This document shows, piece by piece, positions 18,808-28,077 of a stretch of 64,000 nt of DNA; the stretch's first letter is position 1; every line of letters starts with the position of its first letter. The notes beneath the pieces were generated by a model. It did no database searches. It was not told where the DNA came from and was given only the letters and a program-made list of their open reading frames with translations. The DNA is from Candidatus Bathyarchaeota archaeon (GTDB taxonomy: Archaea > Thermoproteota > Bathyarchaeia > 40CM-2-53-6). The stretch lies in contig VBBN01000027.1 in NCBI GenBank assembly GCA_005888735.1, forward strand, positions 99,845-163,844, written 5' to 3'. Position numbers and translations under genes: made by a program.

Positions 18808-21669
18808 CTAGTTGTTCCAGAAGGGTCTTGTTGCGATGAACTGTAGCTTTGCCTCTAGAAGGTCCTTGTAGAACTCCTCTTCCTTATCATGCATCTTCGA
18901 CAGGACCCTACTGGCAGTTTGGGGGCCAATCCCGTACACCGACTGGGCCACCACTCCTCTTCTCCCGTAAGATATTACAAGATCGGCCGATCTTCGGGCT
19001 CTCGTAAGCGCCTTCACCTCGTTCTCGTCCAGACTCTCACCTTTCCGCTTCTTCTGCAATACTCCCTCGACGTACGCGCTTGTCCAGAAGAGTGGAGCCA
19101 GCAATTTCGACCCACAAGCCCAACATATAGGATGTTCGGGTAGGTCTGAAACACGAACCTGGTCACCCAACTCTCCGCACTCAAAACACAACAGGTCGAT
19201 CATACGTCCTTCAATCGCGGTCTTGAGCCGTACCATATTGTCAGCAGCTACATTATCAGGGGCAATCAGCTCCGGAACATCCACATGCCGGTAGAGAATA
19301 TGATAGGCCAACGGCGTCGGCTTCTCTCGGCTAGTGAAAAACACGACGTCCTGCGTCTTGTCTTTTATTTGGCTGAAGACTCGTTTAACGCCTTCAAAAT
19401 CGGCCAAGACGAGCAATGCCTCCCTAATCGTCTCATCATAAATCGGAGTCAGCCGGAACTTCACAGCGAGCTCCTTCATCGCGTCCCCGTACATCAACCG
19501 GCCACGGCGCAGCGCGCCGAAACGTTCCGCGATCTGTTTCATTCGCATCTGCCAGGGAAAATGCCTGTGCAAGACTCCGTGGCAGGCCCCGTTGAGGATC
19601 TGCTCCGAGACACCGAACACCTCGTCGGTCATTAGTGATTGAACGTTCAGGTCAGCAGTGTCAGCCGTAAACTCGAACAGTATCCGATACGCGTCTGACC
19701 ACCACATGCGAACATATCCCTGTCGACGCAAAAGCTCCTCGACCACCTCGCCCAGGGAATTGTTGAGAATCTCGCCAAAATGCGTATGAATAATCATGTA
19801 CCTGTCGAACGCTTCGACAAGTATTTTCCGGTCAGTTGGGACCGGCGCACCCGTCGCCATGTGAGTCTCAATCTCCTCAACCACCCGTCGTATGCCGTAT
19901 TCATCGGCGGGCCAAACCTCGGCCAACCGTTCGACCACAAGCGCTTTCGCAATGTATTCCTGGAACAACTCCTCGATCTTCCGCCTGTAGGCACCAACTC
20001 TCATTCCCAGGGGTCCTGGCACGGGGAGAATCTCGCCGTCCCAGCCTGGAATGGCCGCTGTCGGGTCGTTAACCGGCAAAACGTACACTTTTCCATCGTC
20101 AGTGATCTGCTGCATCTGCCAGACCCGACCCTTGACGATAAAATTCAACCCGACGCGGGCCTGTGTCACCATGAACTCCTCGCCCAGTATGCCGACGGAT
20201 TGTTGTGTTGACAAGTCGACGACTAGATATCGTCGCTCGTCAGGTATCATGCTCAGATTCTCGAAATAGTGCATCCTCGTCCTTGGTGTTCGGTAGAGTG
20301 TCTCCCCGTCACGCTTGAGCAATCCCATCTTGTTCAGAAACACAAGAACCGATTCTAGCTGCGCATCATCTAGGTTGCTGTAGGGGAAGGCTCGTTTAAT
20401 GACGCCTTTGAGATGTGTTAGCTGAACGCTTCCCTCAGAATCCATTATCAAACCGGTAATCTGGTGCGCAAGAACATCCAGTGCCCCCACGTGCACCTTC
20501 GTCTCCTCCAACTGGCCCTCCTTGGCCAGCTCGATAACCGCCACCGATTCTAGCAGATCTTCCGTCGACACTGCAACGAGAACGCCCTCAGATGTCCGCG
20601 CCAACGTATGACCCGACCGTCCCACACGCTGAACAAGACTACTCACCTGTCGGGGCGACATATACTGGACCACGAGATCGACAGAGCCGATGTCAATTCC
20701 CAGCTCCAGCGTCGATGTTGCGACAAGCCCTCGGATCTCCCCCGCCTTGAAAGCCTCCTCGGCACGGACGCGCTCTTCCTTCGGAAGCGATCCATGGTGG
20801 ACCATTATCTTCTCGTCCATCATGTGAAACTTCGACCCGAGCATCTCAGCGTTCACACGGCTGTTCGAGAAGATCAGAGTCGAATCATGACTCTCGACAA
20901 GACCCGCGACGAGCGACAATCGAGCAGCAGCCTCAGGAGCAGTATACAGTCTCCGGGCCAGCTCTTTGTCAGCCTCTCCCGGAGCAGGATAATCCACCTT
21001 GTAATGAGTCGACTTGCTCAACGGAATCTGGACAATTCTAACAGGCTCGACACCACCGAGAAAACGAGCAATAGTCTCCGGATTGCCAACTGTCGCAGAC
21101 AAGCCCACGCGTTGAAACGGAGCCTGCGTCACCTCTCTCAGTCTTTCCAACCCGACTGCTAGCTGGACGCCTCTTCGGTCACCTGCCAGTTCGTGAATCT
21201 CGTCAACCACCACCGATCTGACATGGCGAAGGTGGTCTCTCATACGGCGTCCCGGGAGAATCGCCTGCAAAGTCTCTGGGGTCGTGATCAGAAGATCCGG
21301 CGGCTTCATCGTCATTCGACGCCGGTCTTTCTGCGGAGTGTCCCCATGGCGGACCTCCACCGTGAAGCCGAGCCTCGCCGACCAGACCTGTAATCGTTTG
21401 AGCATGTCCCGGTTGAGAGCGCGTAACGGTGTAATGTAGACGAGGGAGATTCCCTGTCGGTTCTTGTCCTGAATCAGACGATCGATTAACGGCAGGAGCG
21501 CAGCTTCAGTCTTCCCAGACCCCGTCGGGGCGATAACGAGAACGTTCTCGCCCCGAGTAATGAGAGGAAGAGCCTTGGCCTGAGGTGGGGTGGGCGCTTT
21601 GATTCCAGACTGTTCAAGCAGACTCTTCACTGGAGGTGAGAGGAGAGTGAAGACTTCGAGACTCGTCAT
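18808..21669 (-). CDS. lhr: Lhr-type ATP-dependent DNA helicase (DEAD/DEAH superfamily 2, archaeal large helicase-related)
   Basis: Motif I APTGSGKTEAA, DEAH-type motif II VVVDEIHE, motif VI QRVGRSGH, and a long C-terminal domain with a CxxC...CxxC cluster. 953 aa, typical of Lhr-core proteins. Confidence 0.85.
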   Translation of the reverse strand: MTSLEVFTLLSPPVKSLLEQSGIKAPTPPQAKALPLITRGENVLVIAPTGSGKTEAALLPLIDRLIQDKNRQGISLVYITPLRALNRDMLKRLQVWSARLGFTVEVRHGDTPQKDRRRMTMKPPDLLITTPETLQAILPGRRMRDHLRHVRSVVVDEIHELAGDRRGVQLAVGLERLREVTQAPFQRVGLSATVGNPETIARFLGGVEPVRIVQIPLSKSTHYKVDYPAPGEADKELARRLYTAPEAAARLSLVAGLVESHDSTLIFSNSRVNAEMLGSKFHMMDEKIMVHHGSLPKEERVRAEEAFKAGEIRGLVATSTLELGIDIGSVDLVVQYMSPRQVSSLVQRVGRSGHTLARTSEGVLVAVSTEDLLESVAVIELAKEGQLEETKVHVGALDVLAHQITGLIMDSEGSVQLTHLKGVIKRAFPYSNLDDAQLESVLVFLNKMGLLKRDGETLYRTPRTRMHYFENLSMIPDERRYLVVDLSTQQSVGILGEEFMVTQARVGLNFIVKGRVWQMQQITDDGKVYVLPVNDPTAAIPGWDGEILPVPGPLGMRVGAYRRKIEELFQEYIAKALVVERLAEVWPADEYGIRRVVEEIETHMATGAPVPTDRKILVEAFDRYMIIHTHFGEILNNSLGEVVEELLRRQGYVRMWWSDAYRILFEFTADTADLNVQSLMTDEVFGVSEQILNGACHGVLHRHFPWQMRMKQIAERFGALRRGRLMYGDAMKELAVKFRLTPIYDETIREALLVLADFEGVKRVFSQIKDKTQDVVFFTSREKPTPLAYHILYRHVDVPELIAPDNVAADNMVRLKTAIEGRMIDLLCFECGELGDQVRVSDLPEHPICWACGSKLLAPLFWTSAYVEGVLQKKRKGESLDENEVKALTRARRSADLVISYGRRGVVAQSVYGIGPQTASRVLSKMHDKEEEFYKDLLEAKLQFIATRPFWNN

Positions 21670-21822
21670 ATTCCACCCTGGAAACTAGGGAGAGAAAGAG
21701 ACTGGACTCTGCGAGATAAACCCCTAGGCTGGGCGAAAGTGAAAGTGTCTACGGTATTCTTAGGTGAGTAGGGAGCGTCTGTTTCTCAGAGTGTCCGCGT
21801 GTCTACTGTTCCTCTGGCGGAG

Positions 21823-22167
21823 TCAGGACTTTGTCTGTGGAGGTTTTGCTCTTAGGCCGAGAGCAGTAATTGCTCCCCCGACGACTGCAATCACTATACC
21901 TATCTCTATCATTGAATTAGCCAGACTCCGTACTCCCTGGATTGTGTCAGCTCCGTAGAAAGGGCTAATGCTGCAATAGAACTGGTTGCATACACTTGAA
22001 CCGCCGCCTCCGGACGAAACTATGCAAAGCTGGCTGTTCTGGCAACTATTGAGGGCCGAAACCTCGTTCGCTCCGAGAATAATCGGTATCGAGCCTGACA
22101 CTAGGAGGATGAGTCCCACAATGATTAGGGGAAGCCTCATTCGAGAATCCCCGAGGGCGTGCAGCAT
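21823..22167 (-). CDS. Small secreted/membrane protein (hypothetical)
   Basis: Signal-peptide-like N-terminus, a Cys-rich middle (NSCQNSQLCIVSSGGGGSSVCNQFYC) and a C-terminal TM segment. Confidence 0.4.
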   Translation of the reverse strand: MLHALGDSRMRLPLIIVGLILLVSGSIPIILGANEVSALNSCQNSQLCIVSSGGGGSSVCNQFYCSISPFYGADTIQGVRSLANSMIEIGIVIAVVGGAITALGLRAKPPQTKS

Positions 22168-22202
22168 TTCGAAATCACTCTATAAAGAACAGAGAGGACT
22201 CG

Positions 22203-22721
22203 TTGAAAAGAATATGTCGCGGTGCAATTGGGGAATCTGCCTTGAGCATGATTGACCCTGTTGTATTGAGCACCATCGTACAGACAGCCGTTTTGACTCT
22301 CACCCTCGTCATCTTCATCCTCTCATTCCGTAGCCAGAACAATGCCAACAAAGAAGCCGCCTACCAGAAGGTCTTGGATGATTATTCAGATGCGATGAAG
22401 ATGCTCGTTGACAAGCCAGAGCTGAGCAGGCTCCAGCTTGAGATTGCACGGGCAACCGCTACTGATTCAAACGCCGCATCGCGCTCTCCTGATGACATGG
22501 TTGTTCGCAACTACCTCCTGCTACTCTACGGGATTTTTGAAAGGGCCCACCTTCTCTACCGGAAGAAGTGGATCGACAAGGAGGCCTGGAGCCAATGGTC
22601 AGCCTTCCTAAAGGTCGTGGCAAAACATCCGATGTTCGATGAGGTTCACCGTTCCTCCGAAGGAATGTTCGACAAGCCCTTCCAAGAACACGTATCCACC
22701 ATTCTCAACCGCAAAGCCTGA
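22203..22721 (+). CDS. Hypothetical protein with N-terminal TM anchor
   Basis: A TM helix (VLSTIVQTAVLTLTLVIFILSF) then a soluble domain. Probable start at ATG 22248. Its 3' end overlaps the next ORF's upstream frame. Confidence 0.4.
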   Translation: MKRICRGAIGESALSMIDPVVLSTIVQTAVLTLTLVIFILSFRSQNNANKEAAYQKVLDDYSDAMKMLVDKPELSRLQLEIARATATDSNAASRSPDDMVVRNYLLLLYGIFERAHLLYRKKWIDKEAWSQWSAFLKVVAKHPMFDEVHRSSEGMFDKPFQEHVSTILNRKA

Positions 22722-22761
22722 GACTAAAAAGAAGTATCACACGCGCAGTGGAGTCGTGAAT

Positions 22762-23262
22762 ATGGTCGCCAACAGGTCCAGACCCCCGGCAACAGTCATA
22801 CCAACCTTGATCTATGAAGACGTGGGCAGGGCTGTCGAATGGCTCTGCGGAGCCTTCGGCTTCACCGAACGGCTGCGCGCCACAGGAACCGGCGGAAAGA
22901 CAGGACATGCACAACTCACCGTCGGGAATGGCGCCATTATGCTGGGCAGTCAGCGTACGGGCCAGGTATTCGCCTCACCTGACCGAGCGGAATTTCGGCC
23001 ACCACGCCCCAACGAGGTCAGCCAGTACATTAGTGTCCACGTTGAAGACGTTGACCAACACTTTCAGCACGCGAAACACTTCGGCGCACGAATTCTCACA
23101 CCCCCAGCTGATCACCCGTTCGGCGAGAGGCAGTACACCGCGGAGGACCTTGCCGGCCATCGGTGGACGTTCTCACAGTCCATAGCAGATGTGGCCCCGG
23201 AAAAATGGGGGGCCGTACAAGCGAATCGTCGAAAGCCTGAACCAAACGAACGTGCGGGCTAG
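22762..23262 (+). CDS. VOC-family protein (glyoxalase/bleomycin-resistance fold, PhnB-like)
   Basis: VIPTLIYEDVGRAVEWLCGAFGF...AQLTVGNGAIML...HVEDVDQHFQHAKHFGARIL is the typical PhnB/3-demethylubiquinone methyltransferase-like VOC pattern. The start was moved to ATG 22762 inside the listed 22639 ORF. Confidence 0.7.
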   Translation: MVANRSRPPATVIPTLIYEDVGRAVEWLCGAFGFTERLRATGTGGKTGHAQLTVGNGAIMLGSQRTGQVFASPDRAEFRPPRPNEVSQYISVHVEDVDQHFQHAKHFGARILTPPADHPFGERQYTAEDLAGHRWTFSQSIADVAPEKWGAVQANRRKPEPNERAG

Positions 23263-23304
23263 CGTCCCTCGGGTAGGACTATGCATGCTCTGAGAATGCT
23301 CCGC

Positions 23305-23715
23305 TTATTTCTTCTCGGTAATCTCCTTCAGAAGACTGCGATAGTCTTCTGGCCTCATCAAACCTGGAAGGTCCTTCTTCAAATCCTCGGGCTTGATTAC
23401 CGTGATCCATCCTTCGCTGTATGGCGTCTTGTTGACTAGTTCAGGAGCATCAGATAGGGTGTCGTTCACCTCGACGACCTCACCTGACACGGGCGAGTAA
23501 ACGTCGGCGACAGCTTTCACGGACTCGACTGTTCCGAGGCTCTGCATCTGCGCAACCTTTGTGCCTACCTTGGGTAGGTCGACGTAGACTATTTCGTGAA
23601 GTGAGTTCTGGGCGTAATCTGTGACCCCGACACGGCACTTGTTCTCTTCAACACGGACCCATTCGTGCTCCTTGGTGTAGTATAGTCCGTCAGGGACAGA
23701 GTATTCACCTTTCAA
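23305..23715 (-). CDS. gcvH: Glycine cleavage system H protein
   Basis: YTKEHEWVRVEEN...VGVTDYAQ...SLGTVESVKAVADVYSPVSGEVVEVN contains the lipoyl-lysine motif ESVKA. Confidence 0.9.
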   Translation of the reverse strand: MKGEYSVPDGLYYTKEHEWVRVEENKCRVGVTDYAQNSLHEIVYVDLPKVGTKVAQMQSLGTVESVKAVADVYSPVSGEVVEVNDTLSDAPELVNKTPYSEGWITVIKPEDLKKDLPGLMRPEDYRSLLKEITEKK

Positions 23716-23812
23716 CTAGGAACCTAAAGGTTGATCACGATTACCGCGTATAAAGGTGCTCTGTGAAAACCGCTAAATTCTGCGCGACCGGTCCTAACGC
23801 CGAGAGACACGA

Positions 23813-24091
23813 TTGAAAGGAATGCCTCACACTGTCAAAGTGGAAAGACGCGGTAACGAGCTTATTGTTCATCTAGCTTTGCTAGAGGGACCGCACCCCA
23901 AGCTGCCCGGCGGAGTCCTTCTCCACTCTGAGGGCTGGGTCGATATTGGATACGGTCTGAAAATGTTCTTGGTCGTCGCAACGGTAAACACGACAATTCG
24001 ATCCTTCAAGACGATTACCGAGGAGAAGAGGAGCTTCGCTCAGCGTCTGTTCGGACGGAAGAGTCCTCCTCTACTAGAGGATAAGAGTTGA
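23813..24091 (+). CDS. Hypothetical small protein (weak)
   Basis: Only ORF of note in a 418-nt gap between two minus-strand genes. No motifs. Could be non-coding. Confidence 0.2.
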   Translation: MKGMPHTVKVERRGNELIVHLALLEGPHPKLPGGVLLHSEGWVDIGYGLKMFLVVATVNTTIRSFKTITEEKRSFAQRLFGRKSPPLLEDKS

Positions 24092-24133
24092 GGACAACTC
24101 GACAGGAAGAACTCTGGCAAGAATATTCCGGGA

Positions 24134-24703
24134 CTAGAATATCTCCCTCAGGACTTGGGGGATCTGCTTCCAGCCCTTCACCCTAACGACTCCTCTCATA
24201 GTCGAGATCTCCCTGTTCCAGGGTCTCTCATAGAGAATCGCCCTCATCGCCGGGTTCCGGGAGACAAGAGGCATGAGGTCAGGTGCGTCATCAATGTACA
24301 CGTCATAGTTCAAAAGAACCTTGTCCCGCCAACCGTCAACCCTGATGAATCGTTCGTAAGGAATTCCTTGGTGGGCGAGCCAGTTTTTCGCCGACGGGAC
24401 AGTCTTTCTGCTGCGTCCCGTTACAATGTCAAGAGACCCGAAAGTCTCCACCTTACGCACTTTAGCGGCCAACCCTGGCTCTGTAGGTGGGACTTGTTCC
24501 CAGTCGTCCCACGCCTCATCTAGTAGCCGGAAGAAGTCATCCTTCGAAACGCCAAGCTTCCGCCAGGACGCCCAGCCGTCAATATCGTCAATCGTCAAAC
24601 GCGTCCCAAACTCGTGATTCGCCAGAGTACACCAGGCAGTCATTGTCTCAGCTAAGACACCGTCAAGGTCGACAGCAATCCGCAACCTCGAAGGTGTAGA
24701 CAT
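24134..24703 (-). CDS. 5'(3')-deoxyribonucleotidase-like HAD phosphatase (NT5C family)
   Basis: HAD motif I AVDLDGVLAE. Size and pattern match NT5C-type nucleotidases. Confidence 0.7.
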   Translation of the reverse strand: MSTPSRLRIAVDLDGVLAETMTAWCTLANHEFGTRLTIDDIDGWASWRKLGVSKDDFFRLLDEAWDDWEQVPPTEPGLAAKVRKVETFGSLDIVTGRSRKTVPSAKNWLAHQGIPYERFIRVDGWRDKVLLNYDVYIDDAPDLMPLVSRNPAMRAILYERPWNREISTMRGVVRVKGWKQIPQVLREIF

Positions 24704-24763
24704 TCTCGCTAGGTCAAGGCGTGCCGAGGTTTTAATCTTGGCTGAAACAAACCCTGGCCACCA

Positions 24764-25366
24764 ATGCCAGAGATGAGCCTTCTCAAGGGAATCAATACTT
24801 TACGATCCGTTCGGGAGTTCAAGCCCGACCCTATCCCAAGCGACACGATCAGAGAGATACTGGAAGCCGCCTCAAAGGCCGCATCCGGCAGCAACACCCA
24901 GCCCTGGGAATTCGTTGTCGTCTTCGACCCGAAAGTGAAAGCCCGGCTGACAGAGCCTATGCTCAGAACTTGGATGCAACGCTTAGGCGCCGCTCCAATG
25001 AGTGGACGGATGAAACAGGTCTACGATGACGCGACAGAGATGCTGCGCAATACCGCGAGTGTCCCGGCAATAATCTACTGCTGCCTAGACGCGAGCAATA
25101 CCAGCAAAAGTGAAGAGGTCCGTTACTCGAGTATCTATCCCGCTGTCCAGAACCTCATGCTGGCGGCCCACGCTCTCGGAATAGCCTCATGTCTCACAGT
25201 CCACGGCTCCACCCCGACCCGGGGAGAGCCCGAGGTCAAGAAAATACTCGGAATCCCAGACCATGTGAAGGTCGCTTGCCTAGTTTACTTGGGATATCCA
25301 GCGCGCAGACACGGACCTCCAAAACGAAAAGCAATCGAACGTTTCACACACTACGACAGATGGTAA
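24764..25366 (+). CDS. Nitroreductase-family protein
   Basis: RSVREFKPDPIPSDTIREILEAASKAASGSNTQPWEFVVV is the classic nitroreductase N-terminal signature. Confidence 0.8.
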   Translation: MPEMSLLKGINTLRSVREFKPDPIPSDTIREILEAASKAASGSNTQPWEFVVVFDPKVKARLTEPMLRTWMQRLGAAPMSGRMKQVYDDATEMLRNTASVPAIIYCCLDASNTSKSEEVRYSSIYPAVQNLMLAAHALGIASCLTVHGSTPTRGEPEVKKILGIPDHVKVACLVYLGYPARRHGPPKRKAIERFTHYDRW

Positions 25367-25465
25367 ACACATCCGACTATTCATGGACCAAGGGAAGCAC
25401 GATTGCCCGTGCCAGCGGGGTATTGGTGTTTCGGAAGCACCGCTGTCATGCACAGCTCACACGGT

Positions 25466-26368
25466 TTATCCGCGAGATAGATTACGCCTTCTCACTAAAA
25501 CTACTGCAGTCGTGATAGCCACCAAAGCGACTCCTAAAAGCGAAATGTACCAATACCTTAGGAACAAGGACGTGGGCTGATTCGAGTCTGAGTTTGCTGT
25601 GTGTCCAGGAGAGGCGGCTCCAGCGGAACCTGGGACGGGGACGTTTGTTGTTGGTCTCGGCGTGACCACATATGTGGTAGCACCGGAGAAGTAATCACCA
25701 TAAACATTAGTCGCGCCAACGCGGAAGCTGTAAGGCGATTCCGGCATCAATCCCGCAACGAAATAGGAATGCGTCATGTTGGAAACAGTAGCAAACAAAT
25801 TGTTAGAGCCGAATATTCGATAGTCAACAATGTTCGCGCCGTCTCGGGTACTAGTCCAGGTCAACGTTAGGCTTGTAGGTGCGACATTGGAGGCGACGAG
25901 CGTGCTACCGTCAGGCCAAGGATGAATAGTAGGGTCGGTCGATACGTCAACAAACATTACCATCAGTTCGCCTATGACAAACCCTGGCCACGGAGGGCAC
26001 GACCTATCTTCAGGAATGCAGGAAATGGAATCCCTCTCCACCGCTTGAATGTAGGACTCCTCTTGGAGTTCCTCTTGGACCCGGTTCTGCGAAGTTATTC
26101 TTTTCGAATCTGGAAGGCCCCCGGCATAATCTATTCTAATGACTACAGTTCGAATAAAGTCGAAAACTCGCGTAACCTGAATCCCATCGACATGTGGAAC
26201 CTTTAGCGCTATGCTCGAGAGGTCCTGTTCAAACCTCGTTTCGAATGGATATGATGAGTTGGCCCTAGCGCTTGGTAAGCTACTAGTTGCAGCGGTCAAA
26301 GCTAGCCAGGCTAACAAGCCCAGAGTCGCCAGAGGCTTTTTCGAATTCCATTTGCTCATCCAGTCCAA
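25466..26368 (-). CDS. Secreted TM-anchored protein with subtilisin-propeptide-like (I9) domain and fibronectin type III domain
   Basis: Signal peptide (LATLGLLAWLALTAATSSLPSARA). An I9-like segment KVPHVDGIQVTRVFDFIRTVVIRID...SYIQAVERD. An FN3 domain PTSLTLTWTSTRDGANIVDYRIF...YSFRVGATNVYGDY. C-terminal TM helix plus RRRNLSRG tail. No protease domain present. Confidence 0.6.
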   Translation of the reverse strand: MDWMSKWNSKKPLATLGLLAWLALTAATSSLPSARANSSYPFETRFEQDLSSIALKVPHVDGIQVTRVFDFIRTVVIRIDYAGGLPDSKRITSQNRVQEELQEESYIQAVERDSISCIPEDRSCPPWPGFVIGELMVMFVDVSTDPTIHPWPDGSTLVASNVAPTSLTLTWTSTRDGANIVDYRIFGSNNLFATVSNMTHSYFVAGLMPESPYSFRVGATNVYGDYFSGATTYVVTPRPTTNVPVPGSAGAASPGHTANSDSNQPTSLFLRYWYISLLGVALVAITTAVVLVRRRNLSRG

Positions 26369-27059
26369 CTCTCCTTCATAGCAAGACGAAAATCCCGAAT
26401 AGTGAACCTGGTCAACGTAACTACCAACCTTCTCTCATGCCGTCAATCCCGGCATAAGGTGATGGTCTTTCAGGCTTTATTCGCCTGACTCTCTTAAATC
26501 TAGCTCATTGGTTCTGTTAACTTATCGTTTGATAAGCAACTTGCTCTCATCGACTCCGGGGATTACCGTCGTCGTCGGGTTCCTCTTCACTGCTTCACCT
26601 GAGAGCGCTTCCGCCTCAGAAGCATGAATGCTTCATCTTGGCCTGGAACGGTCGAACCTCAACCGCCCCAGAGTAAGCCCATGCAGGCCTGTCACGGTTT
26701 GTTAGCCTACGTCACACCCGTAACTATCCTTTCATGGTGTAGAGATCAATGGACGGTTCTTGCACGGGTGCCCATTCACGACGACGAATAAACTACTAGG
26801 GACCATACGGGTTAGGGTGTAGAAGTGGGTGAAACTGAAAACCGTCCATCCATCGACAAGTCAACAGAGCCCTCATTTACAAGTCGAGTCCGAGGACAAT
26901 GATCCATCTCGACGGAAGGAGAAATTCTTGGAATCCCAGTCCGCCCTCCAAAAATCGCCAGCCTGGTCTACCCGGGGATTTCCATCCAGGAAACGTGGAC
27001 CTCAAGGTGAAAAACCATGGAAGTCATGCTCACTATGTCAAATGGTAGCATGTTCCAGT

Positions 27060-27980
27060 CTACCCCGGGACGGTCTGTTTAGCAGGCCATGGATTATAGC
27101 AGGCCAGCCAGTGGCCTGGCCGAACCTCAACAAGCTCAGGCTCTAGTTTAGAACAGATGTCAATTGCCCTTGGGCATCGAGGGTGGAACCTGCAACCGGA
27201 AGGTGGGCTAATCGGGCTCGGCACTTCGCCTGGCAGGATGATTCGGGTGGACTTGTGCCTCGGGTCCGGTATGGGAATCGCGGACAACAAGGCCACCGTG
27301 TACGGGTGCAGTGGGTTAGCGAAGAGTTCTTCAGTTTCCGCTATTTCGACCAGCTTTCCAAGATACATGACTGCTACTCTGTCACAAATGTGTTTGACGG
27401 TGCTGAGGTCGTGCGAGATGTACAGGTAGGTCAGACCGAGTTGCTGCTGAAGGTCTCTCAAAAGGTTCAAAATCTGAGCCCGAATGGAGACGTCTAGGGA
27501 CGCCACTGGCTCGTCGGCAATAATCAGTTTCGGGTCGACCGCTAGGGCACGGGCGATGCAGATTCTCTGCCGCTGCCCACCACTGAACTCATGCGGATAC
27601 CTCTCCGCATGGTAGTCTTCAAGACCCACCATCTTCAGCAATTCGTACATTCTGTCAAGCCAACGATCCTTGGGTATGTGGCCGTGAACCGCAAATGGCT
27701 CCATGATTATGTCGGCCACGCTCATCCGCGGGTCTAGAGAAGAGTAGGGATTCTGGAAAATATACTGCATCCGACGTCTCAGCGCGAGCACATGTCGTTT
27801 GTTTCCCTTCTTGAAGACCTGGACAACGTCTTCCCCATTGAAGACTACCTCCCCGGATGTCGGAGGATCAAGGTAGAGTGCACACCTGGCTATTGTGGTC
27901 TTTCCGCAACCGCTTTCCCCGACCAGCCCAAATGTTTCGCCGCGGTCAAGTGAGAAGGATACTCCGTCTACAGCGTGCAC
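27060..27980 (-). CDS. oppF: Oligopeptide/dipeptide ABC transporter ATP-binding protein OppF/DppF (N-terminus unresolved)
   Basis: Walker A GESGCGKTT, signature LSGGQRQR, Walker B LIIADEP, and the C-terminal oligopeptide-transporter extension. The frame is open up to 28085 and encodes the expected N-terminus TSDVALEVKNLTKHYPVYERGVLLKRKIGDVHAVDG, but there is no ATG/GTG/TTG upstream of GTG 27978. Confidence 0.8.
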   Translation of the reverse strand: MHAVDGVSFSLDRGETFGLVGESGCGKTTIARCALYLDPPTSGEVVFNGEDVVQVFKKGNKRHVLALRRRMQYIFQNPYSSLDPRMSVADIIMEPFAVHGHIPKDRWLDRMYELLKMVGLEDYHAERYPHEFSGGQRQRICIARALAVDPKLIIADEPVASLDVSIRAQILNLLRDLQQQLGLTYLYISHDLSTVKHICDRVAVMYLGKLVEIAETEELFANPLHPYTVALLSAIPIPDPRHKSTRIILPGEVPSPISPPSGCRFHPRCPRAIDICSKLEPELVEVRPGHWLACYNPWPAKQTVPG

Positions 27981-28077
27981 GTCCCCGATTTTCCGCTTGA
28001 GAAGGACGCCCCTCTCATAGACGGGATAGTGTTTTGTCAGGTTCTTGACTTCAAGGGCTACGTCGCTCGTCTGAAGG

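Noticed and set aside
26829-27146. 105-aa plus-strand ORF in the large gap upstream of the FN3 surface protein gene
   Set aside because: It has low-complexity Ser/Pro/Arg-rich composition and no motifs. It overlaps the 3' end of oppF on the other strand.
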